A stretch of 64,000 nt of DNA from Bacteroidota bacterium (GTDB taxonomy: Bacteria > Bacteroidota > Ignavibacteria > SZUA-365): positions 1,193-65,192 of the forward strand of contig QKAF01000015.1 in assembly GCA_003246455.1 (NCBI GenBank), written 5' to 3'. Both the position numbers and the translations under genes were made by a program. The notes under the pieces were generated by a model. That model was given only the letters and a program-made list of their open reading frames with translations, made no database searches and was not told the origin of the DNA. Within the stretch, counting starts at the first letter, position 1; each line of letters begins with the position of its first letter. Shown piece after piece: positions 49,743 through 60,800 of the stretch.

Positions 49743-52700
49743 ATGACCCGAGCATTACTCGCGGCATTGCTGTTCATGGCAGCAATATCCCTGACGAACG
49801 CGCAGCACCGTGACGATGAAGGGATAGCCATACCATTGCCCGACGCCCAGTCGGTTCTGACTGCGGCGAAATACCAGGAATCGATGTCACTGTCGAAAGC
49901 GCATTACGCGTTCCGGCAGTTTGCCCTGGAAAACAAGGACTGGAATTTCCGTTACGACGCGCTTCGCGGCACTCCGCATCGTGCGTGGGGACGGGGAATT
50001 CCCATAGACGGATTTCCTGCCATCAATCTGATGAACGCCCCGCAGGCCGGACGTCAGTTCGTCGAGCGCAACGCGCAGATGCTGAACGTGAACCCGGACA
50101 ATCTTCGCCTGCTGTCGTCGGAAATCGTTTCCGGCAAGGCGTATCAGAAGTACGCGCAGATCTACAACGGCGTGGAGGTACTCAACTCGCACGTCGATCT
50201 TCGGATCAGTGCCGATGGCCGCGTATTCATGTTCGGTTCCGACTACAACAAGGGCATCACGGTCGACGCCACGCCCTCCGTCGCAAAAGACGCCGCCAGG
50301 GAATTCGCGAAAGCCGGCCTCCCCTATTCTCCGTCCAATGACAACATCACCGGCGGCACTCTGTACGTATTGCCGCTGCGTTATACCGATCACATCGATT
50401 ACCGTCTGGTGTACAATTTCCAGGTGCGCAGCGCGTCGGAAGAACTCTGGGATACATACGTCGACGCGCATTCGGGCGCGATCGTGTGGCGCCGGAACCT
50501 GATTACGCACCTGCATGGCGGCCAGGGGCCGAATGCCATGGCGAATGTGGTGAACGGACGGGTCATGGTGACGATTTTCCCGAAAACCTATACCGACAAT
50601 GCAGTGGCCGTGCCGGCAAAGAATGCATACGTGTGGGTGGCAGGTAAAATGTATACGACCGATGATGAAGGACGCTTCAGCGCCGATCTCGGTACGAACA
50701 CCACCGGACAGCTGATCGCGCGCCTTTCCGGACCATATGCCATCGCACGGCGTGACGACACGACCAGAACGTCCGGCGGAACTCCGGCGAACGCCGTGCA
50801 GAGCATGACGGTGGCCGCGGGCCAGCAGGTCGAAATCCTGTGGGACAATTCCAATTCCATTTCCTCGGAACGCAATTCCTTCTACCACCTCAATGTGGTC
50901 CGCGACTGGGCTCGCGCACTCGACCCCTCACCGAATCTTTCCAATCTCGACGCACAGGTCCCTGCGCTTGTCGAGATCGACAGCGAATGCAACGCATTCT
51001 TTGACGGACGGGGCGTCAATTTCTTCCAGTCCAGCCTTTCCTGCGGCAACACCGGCGAAATTGCTTCCGTCATCCAGCACGAATTCGGCCACGGCATTCA
51101 CATCTGGCTGACGACAAAGCTCACCGGGCAGCCGCCGGTTGACGGCTCGATCAAGGAAGCCATCGCCGACATGACCTCGAACCTTCTCAGCGACGATCCG
51201 CGAATCGGTCTGGGATTCATGAAAAACGGCACCGACGGCATCATCCGCAATTCAAATAATACCCTCCGGTATCCGGAAAACGTCGTCAACGAGATTCACG
51301 ATGACGGCATGATCCTTACCGGCGCCGTGTGGGATGTCCGCAAGGAACTGGGCATCGAGCGCACCGCACGCCTGTACATGGATGCCATGTACGGCGCACC
51401 CGACGGCACATCGCTCGGCGAAGCCCTCGCCGATTATTTCATCGAATTCCTCATTGCCGACGACGACGATGGGGATCTCTCGAACGGAACCCCGAATTCC
51501 AGTGTCATCATCCCGGCGTTCAACGCGCACGGCATCCCGGGTTCCGCGATCGTGATCCTGCACGACGGCATGCCCGATCAGAACAGCGTTTCTGAACCCT
51601 ACGAAATCACCGGCGTCGCCCGCATCGCGGGAAGCATCGACACGGACCTGCTTCGCATCAGCCAGGTCGATGTCGTCTATTCCCTCAATGACTGGGCAAG
51701 TTCGCAGCGAATGACCGTGAACTACAACGAAGCGACGCAGTCCTTCGTCGGCTCCTTCCCTCCGCAGAAGGCAGGCAGCATCGTCCGCTACTATATCGAG
51801 GTGATGGACAACTTCGGCAGCAGCCTGCGCGAACCCGCGGGAGCACCGACGAGCAGCTACCTCTTCCTCGTCGGGTACGAGAGCCGCTATTATCATGACG
51901 GCGAATCCACGGACAACTGGCGCGTGATTACCGATGCGGCGACCGGCGAATGGGAACGCGCGGTTCCGATTGGAACCTGGAATACGCAGCTCGGCAAAGA
52001 GGGAGAAGTCCCATACGTGCAGCCGAACGAAGATCACACACCGGGAACGGGCAAGGTGCGCTGCTGGGTCACCGGGAATGCCGCACGCGGTGCCGGACTT
52101 GGTGAGAACGATGTCGATGACGGACAGACGCAGCTCCGTACGCCGGACATCGATGTCACCGGTATGGTACAGCCGGTCCTCCGCTACTACCGATGGTACT
52201 CCAACAATGCCGGTGCAACACCGGGCACCGACTACTGGACGGTCAACATTTCCTCCGACGGCGGATCGAACTGGGAAATCCTCGAGCGGACGAGAGAATC
52301 AGACGCTTCCTGGAAGCCCCGCGTATATGTCCTGCGCGACATCGTCGATCTCACACCCCAGCTGAACGTACGCTTCATTGCTGCGGACGACGATCCGGGC
52401 TCCCTGGTCGAAGCAGCGGTCGATGATTTCGAGATTCTCGACATCAACCAAGCCCTCGTCGGTGTGGAAAACGAACCGGCCGCATACACCCTTGCCCTGG
52501 AGCAGAACTATCCCAATCCGTTCAACCCCTCGACGACGATTGCATTCTCTCTGCCTGCTTCCACGCCGGTACGGCTCGTGGTCATCAACAGTCTTGGCCA
52601 GGAGGTTGCAACCCTCGTCGACGCACAGCTTGACGAAGGCCGGCACGCGGTATCCTTCGATGCACGCGATCTGCCCTCGGGACTCTACCTGTACGAACTC

Positions 52701-52748
52701 CGAACGAACAGCACCCGTCTCACGCGCAAGATGATGCTCGTCGAGTAA
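49743..52748 (+). CDS. Secreted zinc metalloprotease (M36 fungalysin-like HEXXH...EXXXD) with a T9SS C-terminal sorting domain
   Basis: Signal peptide with cleavage TNA|QHRD, an FTP/PepSY-like propeptide, HEFGHGIHIW plus GEALADYF (compare the fungalysin HEXXH + GEGWSDF) and a C-terminal LEQNYPNPFNPSTTIAF...LYLYELR Por-secretion CTD. Confidence 0.75.
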   Translation: MTRALLAALLFMAAISLTNAQHRDDEGIAIPLPDAQSVLTAAKYQESMSLSKAHYAFRQFALENKDWNFRYDALRGTPHRAWGRGIPIDGFPAINLMNAPQAGRQFVERNAQMLNVNPDNLRLLSSEIVSGKAYQKYAQIYNGVEVLNSHVDLRISADGRVFMFGSDYNKGITVDATPSVAKDAAREFAKAGLPYSPSNDNITGGTLYVLPLRYTDHIDYRLVYNFQVRSASEELWDTYVDAHSGAIVWRRNLITHLHGGQGPNAMANVVNGRVMVTIFPKTYTDNAVAVPAKNAYVWVAGKMYTTDDEGRFSADLGTNTTGQLIARLSGPYAIARRDDTTRTSGGTPANAVQSMTVAAGQQVEILWDNSNSISSERNSFYHLNVVRDWARALDPSPNLSNLDAQVPALVEIDSECNAFFDGRGVNFFQSSLSCGNTGEIASVIQHEFGHGIHIWLTTKLTGQPPVDGSIKEAIADMTSNLLSDDPRIGLGFMKNGTDGIIRNSNNTLRYPENVVNEIHDDGMILTGAVWDVRKELGIERTARLYMDAMYGAPDGTSLGEALADYFIEFLIADDDDGDLSNGTPNSSVIIPAFNAHGIPGSAIVILHDGMPDQNSVSEPYEITGVARIAGSIDTDLLRISQVDVVYSLNDWASSQRMTVNYNEATQSFVGSFPPQKAGSIVRYYIEVMDNFGSSLREPAGAPTSSYLFLVGYESRYYHDGESTDNWRVITDAATGEWERAVPIGTWNTQLGKEGEVPYVQPNEDHTPGTGKVRCWVTGNAARGAGLGENDVDDGQTQLRTPDIDVTGMVQPVLRYYRWYSNNAGATPGTDYWTVNISSDGGSNWEILERTRESDASWKPRVYVLRDIVDLTPQLNVRFIAADDDPGSLVEAAVDDFEILDINQALVGVENEPAAYTLALEQNYPNPFNPSTTIAFSLPASTPVRLVVINSLGQEVATLVDAQLDEGRHAVSFDARDLPSGLYLYELRTNSTRLTRKMMLVE

Positions 52749-52768
52749 TCCTCGCTGTTCCTGCTTTT

Positions 52769-52810
52769 GAGGCTGTCCTGCCCCTCGGGCTGGACAGCCT
52801 CTTCTGTTTT
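52769..52810 (+). terminator. Rho-independent terminator after the metalloprotease gene
   Basis: GGCTGTCCTGCCC-ctc-GGGCTGGACAGCC, about 13-bp stem, followed by tcttctgtttt. Confidence 0.7.
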
Positions 52811-52842
52811 GTCTCCTCGTGCAACTTTCATAGCTTGGGGGA

Positions 52843-53841
52843 ATGAAGCACTTCAAAAGAACTCTGCTCGCGCTCGCGCTGCTGTCTTTCGTCGTCCAGG
52901 CGTGCGGCGACAGCGGCGGAGAAAAAAAGGACACTACGATGAGCGGTTTTTCCCCGCCGTCAGACACACCGGTTTTCGACGGCAGTCGGACATTCGCCTA
53001 TCTCGAACAGCAGGTCGCGTTCGGGCCGAGAGTGCCGAACTCCCCTGCCCATGAACGCTGCCTCGAGTATTTCGTACGCTTTTTCGACTCACTCGGCCTG
53101 CCCGCCGAACTGCAGCGTTTCGAACTGCCGGGGTACAAGGACGAACGGCTTGCTCTGACCAACGTTATCGTACACATCAATCCTTCGATCTCCAGGCGTA
53201 TCCTTCTGGCCGCGCACTGGGACTCACGGCCGTGGGCGGATATGGAGAAGGACCCTGATCGCGCACTGCGTCCAATCCCCGGAGCGAACGACGGTGCCAG
53301 CGGTGTCGCCGTGCTGATGCATCTTGCGGAACTGATGAAGGCCACACCGCCGAGCATCGGTGTCGACCTCGTCCTGTTCGACGGCGAGGACTACGGCCGC
53401 GAGGGTGATGAATCGATGTTCCTTCTCGGCGCCAAATATTACAGTGCGAGCCGCGGGACCGCCACGTCGGAGATCCTCTTCGGCGTGCTGCTCGATCTCG
53501 TCGGAGACCGGGACGCGGAGTTTCCGAGGGAGGAACTCTCGCAGCATTACGCGGGAGACGTACAGACGATGATCTGGGACGAGGCCGCACGTCTTGGCCT
53601 GGACCGCTTCTCCGCCCGGCAGCACTCCGCAATTCTTGATGACCACGTTCCTCTTAACAAGGTTGCCGGAATCAAGACTGTGGATATCATCGATGCCGCG
53701 CTCGTTGGCGGCGACCCCTCATCCGCCCGCCGGCAGTACTGGCATACCCTCGGAGATACTCCCGAGGTGTGCGCCCCTGAAACGCTTCACGACGTCGGCC
53801 GACTTCTCGTGAGCATTATTTACGGATTTCATTCAATTTGA
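52843..53841 (+). CDS. M28-family peptidase / glutaminyl-peptide cyclotransferase-like lipoprotein
   Basis: Lipoprotein signal (VVQACG). LLAAHWDSRPWAD, GANDGASGVAVLMHLA and VLFDGEDYG match the bacteroidetal-type glutaminyl cyclase / M28 Zn-aminopeptidase fold. Confidence 0.7.
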   Translation: MKHFKRTLLALALLSFVVQACGDSGGEKKDTTMSGFSPPSDTPVFDGSRTFAYLEQQVAFGPRVPNSPAHERCLEYFVRFFDSLGLPAELQRFELPGYKDERLALTNVIVHINPSISRRILLAAHWDSRPWADMEKDPDRALRPIPGANDGASGVAVLMHLAELMKATPPSIGVDLVLFDGEDYGREGDESMFLLGAKYYSASRGTATSEILFGVLLDLVGDRDAEFPREELSQHYAGDVQTMIWDEAARLGLDRFSARQHSAILDDHVPLNKVAGIKTVDIIDAALVGGDPSSARRQYWHTLGDTPEVCAPETLHDVGRLLVSIIYGFHSI

Positions 53842-53845
53842 GACG

Positions 53846-54691
53846 ATGAAACGAAACAAACGTTTTCTCCGCGCCCGCTTTCAGTCCACCCCGCATGATT
53901 CGCAGATCCAGGGAATGCTCATCACGCATGATCCGCTCGGATTCCTCGAAGAAGATCAATGGTGGGAAGTGTATTTCGAAGAGGGCCAATGGCCAACGGT
54001 CGAAGCCGCACTTCTCCATCGACTCGAACAGGAAGGTCTGGAAGCGGCATACGAGCTGGAGACTTTCGACCAGCAGAACTGGAACCAGGAATGGGAAGAC
54101 AGCATTCAGCCGATCAGAGTCTCCGACCGTTTTCTGATTACCCCGTCATGGCATCCCGTGGAGAGCGAGGACGGGGTGACGGTTCTCGTGATCGATCCGA
54201 AAATGTCATTCGGAACCGGGTACCATGCCACGACACGGCTGATGCTACGCCTGATGGAAGGGCTGCTGCGCGACGGCGATCGGGTTCTCGATGTCGGCAC
54301 CGGAACGGGAGTGCTTGCAATCGCCGCCGTGATGTGCGGCGCACGCGAGGCCGATGGTGTCGACACCGATGAGTGGTCGTATGACAATGCACTCGAGAAC
54401 GCGCAGCGAAACGGTGTCGCCGACCGCTGCTACTTCCGTCTCGGATCCATCGAAGCTGCATCGGGACAATATGACCTGATTCTCTCGAATATTACCAAAA
54501 TCGACAACCTTCAGCTGCTTCCCACCATCATCCACCATCTGCGGCCGGAAGGACGGCTCGTTCTTTCAGGATTTTTCACGCATGACGCCGCAGACCTCCA
54601 GATGGCGCTGGAGAACCTCGGGCTTCGCGTCGTGGGCGAAATGACGGAAGACGAGTGGAGTGCGGTCAGTGCGATTCGGGATATCGCATGA
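53846..54691 (+). CDS. prmA: Ribosomal protein L11 methyltransferase
   Basis: FLITPSWHP...GTGYHATTRLML...VLDVGTGTGVLAIAA; the PrmA SAM-methyltransferase motifs. Confidence 0.88.
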   Translation: MKRNKRFLRARFQSTPHDSQIQGMLITHDPLGFLEEDQWWEVYFEEGQWPTVEAALLHRLEQEGLEAAYELETFDQQNWNQEWEDSIQPIRVSDRFLITPSWHPVESEDGVTVLVIDPKMSFGTGYHATTRLMLRLMEGLLRDGDRVLDVGTGTGVLAIAAVMCGAREADGVDTDEWSYDNALENAQRNGVADRCYFRLGSIEAASGQYDLILSNITKIDNLQLLPTIIHHLRPEGRLVLSGFFTHDAADLQMALENLGLRVVGEMTEDEWSAVSAIRDIA

Positions 54692-55626
54692 GAGTCGCAT
54701 CGATCGATATCGGAACAAACACCATCCTGATGCTGATCTCTGACGTCGCCCCGGACGGCACGATGCACGTCGTATCCGATCAGCAGGTCATCGCCCGCGT
54801 CGGGAAAGGGGTTGACCGCAGCGGTGCGATCGAATGGGACGCGTTCACACGAAGCGAGAAATTCCTCGCGCGCTATCTCGAGGAAGCGGGCAGCCAGGGA
54901 GTCGACCTCATTCGATGCACAGGAACGAGTGCGCTGCGCGATGCGCGCAACGGGGAGGATTTTCTCGATTACATGTACCAGAAGCTGAACCTGGAAATCG
55001 AAATTCTCAGCGGTGCCGACGAAGCCCTCTGGACGTACGGCGGAGCAATCTCGGGCTTCAGCGCACGCGACTCCGCATACGCGGTGCTGGATATCGGCGG
55101 AGGGAGCACAGAACTGACGGTCGGCCGCGGCTTCCATATCAACGAGCGCCTGAGCCAGGATATCGGCTGTGTAAGGCTGACCGAGAAGATACTCCACCAC
55201 ACTCCACCGACGGACATTGAAATTGCGTCCCTTTTCGAAGTGATCGACGATGCCGTTATGAAATTTCCGCGTTTTGATGCGTCAGAAACCACGTTCGTGG
55301 GAGTTGCGGGCACTGTGACCACGCTTGCGGCCGTCGAGCAGAAGCTGGAAGAATACGACGGAGAAAAAGTGGCGGGGTTCGTCCTCACCCGAGAGATGAT
55401 AGACCGACGCTTTCGCCAATTCCGTACGATGACGAAGGATGAACTGCATGAAACACTCCGCATCGATCCGGGCCGGGCGGATATCATTCTCGTTGGTGTC
55501 GCGATACTCAAGCGGCTGATGGAAATGCGCGATATTCACGGCATCGTCGTTTCCGAGCGCGGTCTCCGCTACGGGATCGTGATGCGGGAATGGGAGCGGG
55601 GATTCGAACGCGCCAGCATCTCCTGA
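54688..55626 (+). CDS. ppx: Ppx/GppA-family exopolyphosphatase / guanosine pentaphosphate phosphohydrolase
   Basis: RVASIDIGTNT (ASKHA phosphate-1 motif) and LDIGGGSTEL (phosphate-2 motif). Start overlaps the prmA stop. Confidence 0.85.
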   Translation: MRVASIDIGTNTILMLISDVAPDGTMHVVSDQQVIARVGKGVDRSGAIEWDAFTRSEKFLARYLEEAGSQGVDLIRCTGTSALRDARNGEDFLDYMYQKLNLEIEILSGADEALWTYGGAISGFSARDSAYAVLDIGGGSTELTVGRGFHINERLSQDIGCVRLTEKILHHTPPTDIEIASLFEVIDDAVMKFPRFDASETTFVGVAGTVTTLAAVEQKLEEYDGEKVAGFVLTREMIDRRFRQFRTMTKDELHETLRIDPGRADIILVGVAILKRLMEMRDIHGIVVSERGLRYGIVMREWERGFERASIS

Positions 55627-56774
55627 ACGACACGGATAAAGATACCGATACCCTCCCGCATCTCTTCTGCCGCGGTATGGCCGCCGAATGAAATCCGCAC
55701 CGTTGCCGCGGTCTCGGCGTCCTCCCTGCCGATGGCCCGGATGACGTGCGAGGGCTCGATGCTGCCGGCCGCGCATGCGGATCCGCTGGAGATCGCCAGT
55801 CCTGCGAGGTCGCAGTTCATCAGCAGCGCTCCCCCTTCGATATCGTAGTACTCCGAAGGCAGGGTGACACTGAGAATATTCGGCAGGGTTGCCTCGTCTC
55901 CGCCGTTGAAATGCAGTGACGGCAGCGCCGCATTCAGCATCGCAACAGCCTCTGACCGCAGGGAACGCCACCGTGCCATGCGGTCGGGCATCTCTTCGCG
56001 TGCCAGGGCTGCAGCGGTTCCAAAACCGACAATGGATGCGACATTCTCCGTTCCTCCCCTGCGGCCGCGTTCCTGCCCCCCGCCGAACTGCAGCTGACCG
56101 ACTCGAAGTCCCTTGCGGACGTACAGCGCACCAACACCTTTCGGCCCATGGATTTTATGCGCCGAGAGGGAAAGAAAATCCACAGGCACTGCACGGACAT
56201 CCAGCGCCAGTTTACCGCCGCTCTGGACAGCGTCACAGTGCGAAAGCACTTCATGCCGCTGGAGGAGTTCCACCGTCTCCGCAAGGGGGAGAATGCCGCC
56301 CGTTTCATTGTTGACATGCATCAGTGTGCAGAGTGCTGTCCGGGGTCCGATCATCGATTCGAGTTCCCCGATATCTGGCACTGCCGCGCCGGTCACGGAG
56401 AGCAGCCGCGTCACCGCTCCCCGCCGCCCTTCCTGCATGCAAGCCGAAAGAACGGCGTGATGCTCCGCGGGGGATGTGATAATTTCATTCTGCCCCGCTC
56501 CCGCGAGCTCCATCGCGAGTCGGATCGCCTCATTGTCGCTTTCCGTCCCGCCGCTGGTGAACACGATATCGCCGGGCGTCGCATTGATCAGCGCCGCCAC
56601 CTGTTCTCGTGCGTGCTCTATCGCAGCTTTCACGACCCGTCCTGGACCGTGGATGCTGGAGGGGTTTCCGTACTGTTCCCCCAGAAACGGCAGCATGGCT
56701 TCCCGGACACGCGGATCCACGGGAGTGGTCGCCGCATGATCGAGATAAATGTAGTGCTGGTCAGGATGCGGCAT
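55569..56774 (-). CDS. Cysteine desulfurase (NifS/IscS family, class V aminotransferase)
   Basis: IYLDHAATTPVDPRV...NPSSIHGPGR...; the PLP-binding SAHKIHGPKG-like motif (LSAHKIHGPKGVGAL) and SSGSACAAG (catalytic Cys). Start taken at the internal Met abutting the birA stop. Confidence 0.88.
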   Translation of the reverse strand: MPHPDQHYIYLDHAATTPVDPRVREAMLPFLGEQYGNPSSIHGPGRVVKAAIEHAREQVAALINATPGDIVFTSGGTESDNEAIRLAMELAGAGQNEIITSPAEHHAVLSACMQEGRRGAVTRLLSVTGAAVPDIGELESMIGPRTALCTLMHVNNETGGILPLAETVELLQRHEVLSHCDAVQSGGKLALDVRAVPVDFLSLSAHKIHGPKGVGALYVRKGLRVGQLQFGGGQERGRRGGTENVASIVGFGTAAALAREEMPDRMARWRSLRSEAVAMLNAALPSLHFNGGDEATLPNILSVTLPSEYYDIEGGALLMNCDLAGLAISSGSACAAGSIEPSHVIRAIGREDAETAATVRISFGGHTAAEEMREGIGIFIRVVQEMLARSNPRSHSRITIP

Positions 56775-57523
56775 CAGGATTCCTTTCTGATTGAGACATC
56801 GCCCGCAAGGAAATACCGGATACTTCCGTCGGACAGTTTGATGCAAAGCGAGCCGTCTTCCCCGAGGTCCACGGCGATCCCCTCCGTCCGCCTCCCGTTC
56901 TCGTCCGCGATGACGTTTTTTCCGAACATCGATGAAGCGGATTTCCACGCGGTCATGACCGGGGCGTTGCCCTTTCCCTTCCAAAGACTGTAAAGTTCGT
57001 TCATTTCGCGGCAGACCGCGGAGAGCACATCGTCCGTGGCAAACGGGCGGCCCGCTTCCCGTGCGAGCGAGGTCGGCTCCGTGCGATAGCTCCCGTCGAA
57101 CCGCACCTGGTTCACATTCAGACCTATCCCGACGACGACCCAGGATTTCTCTCCGATGCGTCCAGACTCGACGAGGATACCGCACAGTTTCCGATTCCCG
57201 ACCAGGATGTCATTCGGCCATTTGAGATCCGGTTCAATCGGGGACACGCGGCGCACGGCACGGCACACCGCCAGTCCGGTCAGCAGCGGAAGTCCTCCCC
57301 ATTCCTCCATGGGGCGTGTCGGGTAGAGGATGATGGAAGCGAGAATATTCTGCGCGCCGGCCGAAAGCCATTGACGATCAAGTCTTCCGCGTCCTGCGGT
57401 CTGGGACTGCGCGGTAATGACCGTGCCCTCGGGAGGGCCTTCCCGCACGAGATCCCGGGCGTAGCGGTTCGTGGAATCCACGACATCGAGGCGAATATGA
57501 CGATTTCCAATCATCGAGTGCAT
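56775..57523 (-). CDS. birA: Biotin--[acetyl-CoA-carboxylase] ligase (group I, no HTH)
   Basis: AQSQTAGRGRLDRQW (GRGRxxR(x)W biotin-binding motif) and a C-terminal SH3-like domain. Confidence 0.85.
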
Positions 57524-57844
57524 TCCTGCTTCGTTCCTGTAATCATCGCGACGCGTCACGGCCGGGTGATGCTGTAACTATCGCTGCGGACCCGTGTTCA
57601 AACGGTGGTGCCTGTCGAAATCTAGGCATGCCCCTGATGCCGATCAAGTTGCAACAAATCGCGTTCTTATGGCTTTCCGCCTTGATTTTATAGCACTATT
57701 TGAAGTAGTTTCCAAGATGAAAGAATTGATTGTCTTCGGGGCTCCGCCGGGCTTCACGCATATTCATGACAATCACCTCCGACGCAACAATTTCCAGATA
57801 CAAGACGAATACAGCTGTTTTTCTACTTAACTCCGAGGTACTCT

Positions 57845-60800
57845 ATGCGAAGAGCTGTTACCGTATTTCTGCCTCTGTTGTTTATCCTGCTCATGGGCGG
57901 GGTGCTGCAGGCACAGCCATTCGGCGCGGTGATCTATGTCGGCGACAATTCCGCCGACATCTATATGGAAGATCTGACGAATTCGAATTACTCGAAGGTT
58001 GAGTTTTACCGCGGCGCAAAACTGCTCGGGACGGTCAATCTCAACGCGGGAGACGGCGGTATCATCACCGACTACAACCTCTCGAAGGGAAATGGCTATC
58101 AGTACCAGTACCGCGCGTACCGCACCGCGGGAGGTTTCCAGGACGGCAATCTTCTGAACGGTTTCTTCCTGGGCGGCGACATGCGCGGACTCCTTTTCCG
58201 CCCTGATACGCTGAATATCCAGACCGACCTGGTCGATACAATTTTCGTCTACCCGGGCGGCGATCTCCACTTCGCGAAGAACGCAGACATCTCGTGGATT
58301 CTCGTGACCACAGTCCCGGGAATCAAGGTCTATGGCAGTTCGGATCCCGCGACGGTGTGGCACGGCATGGTGAGTGCCTCCGGCGGTCGGCTCAACGACA
58401 TCAACATCGACTGCTACGGCCAGATCGGCCCGCTGAAGAATTTCACCTTCGTCGGTTCCGATGTGGTCATCCACAACACGGAAACGGAATCGCGTTTCGA
58501 TAATGTCACCACACAGATGGTCACCGCGAACCAGCGGAATGACTACGTGTACATCCGGCATTACGGCAACAAGATCTTTGCCGACAACTGTTATCTGACA
58601 CAGGAGGGCCAGATGTGGGGTGTCCAGCGCGCAGACAACTGCAAGCTGGACTGGAACTCCACCATGGTCGTCAGCAACGTGACGAACACGGAAGTCAACA
58701 AGGGACAGCTCACCATCAGCCCGTCCGGAATGCCGACATCCATGGAAAACTGTCATATCATTGACGGAAACGTGTCGCTCAGCAACAAAACGCTCGTGCG
58801 TTACAACACGCTCGAGAATTTCGCGACCCTGAATATCTCCCCGTTTGCCGGCGGTTTCGATCCGGCGGACATCAAGGATGTCCACGTCAATTACAACCAT
58901 TTCGTTCGCACGAATGACGCGATCGGAAACATCTCGAACTTCCAGGCCGATTCGATCGACGCGCGCTACAATTTCTGGGGACGCTGCGAGGGTCCGAAAT
59001 CCGGCGAACGCGCGACGATGGGAAAAGTCTTCCTCGATCCCTTCCTTCGCGTGGAATATCCTCAGTCCAGCTACTGGGGTGAACTCATTGCAAGCAAGAA
59101 AAAGATCATTGCCAACGGCGAGGACTCCATTGTCTTCACCGGCCACTTCTTCAACGTCATCACGGGAGCGGACTCGGCAGGCGTGGTCGTGCGCTATCGC
59201 GTCGAAGTCCAGGGCGACACGCTGTACAACAGCTCCGCCGTCACCGACGCCCAGGGCAACGTTACCTTCGCCATCAAGGTCCCTGCGAAGTATGCCCAGG
59301 TTACCGGCATGGCCGCCTACATCATGACCGACCTGCAGTGTATCGAACAGTCGTTCTTCCTGACGATCGAGAAGCAGACCGGTCCGGATCTCGAAGTGTT
59401 CGAACCGGAGCTCGTCCAGGTACTCAATGCTGAGAACTCCATCGTTCCGCACAAGGGCTTCGCCGTCAAGGCGACGATTCTCACCTCGGAACCCGTGACG
59501 ACGCCGTTCAAAATCGTTGCGGAAGCCAACGGACACAAGTACGAGACTTTCTACATCCTCGATCGCACCAATATCGGTGTGAACTACAGCATGGAGAATC
59601 CCCTCACGGAGATGATCATGCAGACGACGAAGCCGGTCATCGTGGTGTTCTTCGTGGATGAAACCGGATTCGACGCCGGAAACGTCGAAGTATCCGTGAC
59701 CGTCGATCCTGCCGAGCCCGGCAACTCCAAGGGCCGCATTGTGGAAGCGAACGAGTTCAACAACTCGAAGTCCGCATTCGGCGTGGCCAAAAACACCCAG
59801 TACGGCAACGAGGGCGATGCGGCGTTGAACGTCTTCGTCCAGGGCGCGGAAGGCTTCGGCAATCCGAATCGCATCCAGAGCTGGGCCGATTCGACCGCCA
59901 GCTTCCTCGAGGCCGCATGGCCGATGGAAGCCGGACAGGCGCACTTCACGACCGCCGGCAACATCGCGGACTACGGCTTCATCGGCGCTGCCGACACGCT
60001 GCTCCAGGAAACCTGGCAGCCCTTCCTCGTCAAGGCCTACAAGCAGATGGTGCTCGCACGCCCCGCAAACGACCGTTATATCATGGGTGTTCCGGCGGAC
60101 TGGTTCGAGACGCGTCTCGACAAGCAGGAATTCAACCACGGCGCGTCGCAGACCCTCTCCTGGTCCGGTATCTGGGACTTCATGGTCGCCAGCGCCGACC
60201 ACTGGAAACATGCGGCGCACTCGCTCGGACATTCTTTCGGGCTTCGTCGTCAGGATCTTGATCCCGACAACATCGACATGAAAGAACAGTATCACGAAAA
60301 CTTCATCGGCGTCGATGTCGTTGATGGATACGATCTCCGTTTCGATCGGATCGTGAGCAACTTCCTCGACAACAAGGTTTCGCGCCGGATGAAAGCCAAG
60401 TGCTTCATGGGCGGAAGTCAGCTTCCGGACATCACCTCCTTCGATTATTACATCTGGATCAACGATCTCGAGTACAATGCCCTTCTCGGCTCCGTGTCGC
60501 AGTTTGCCGGAAAGAAATCAACGCTGAGCAAGACCGGCACGATTGACAAGGCAATCTTCATCGAAGGTTCGATCGACAGCACGAGCCGCGCGATCAGCTT
60601 TGGTCCGTGGACCCGCATTGCGGATGCGACGCCGTCTTCGATGGTCCCCGCGGCCTACGCGACGCATACCTTCAAGGTGCTCGACGCCGGCGACCAGGAA
60701 ATCGCCAGCTATCTGTACCGTCCCACATTCCGCGCTCTCGGTCTCGATGAAGTCGATTCCCAGACTGCGGACGACCCCCGCATGGAAACCGAGTACTTCG

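Noticed and set aside
57827-60295. 822-aa minus-strand ORF antisense to the 1206-aa T9SS cargo gene
   Set aside because: The plus-strand product has a signal peptide and a bona fide Por CTD. The antisense translation is Arg/Gly/Val-rich with no features.
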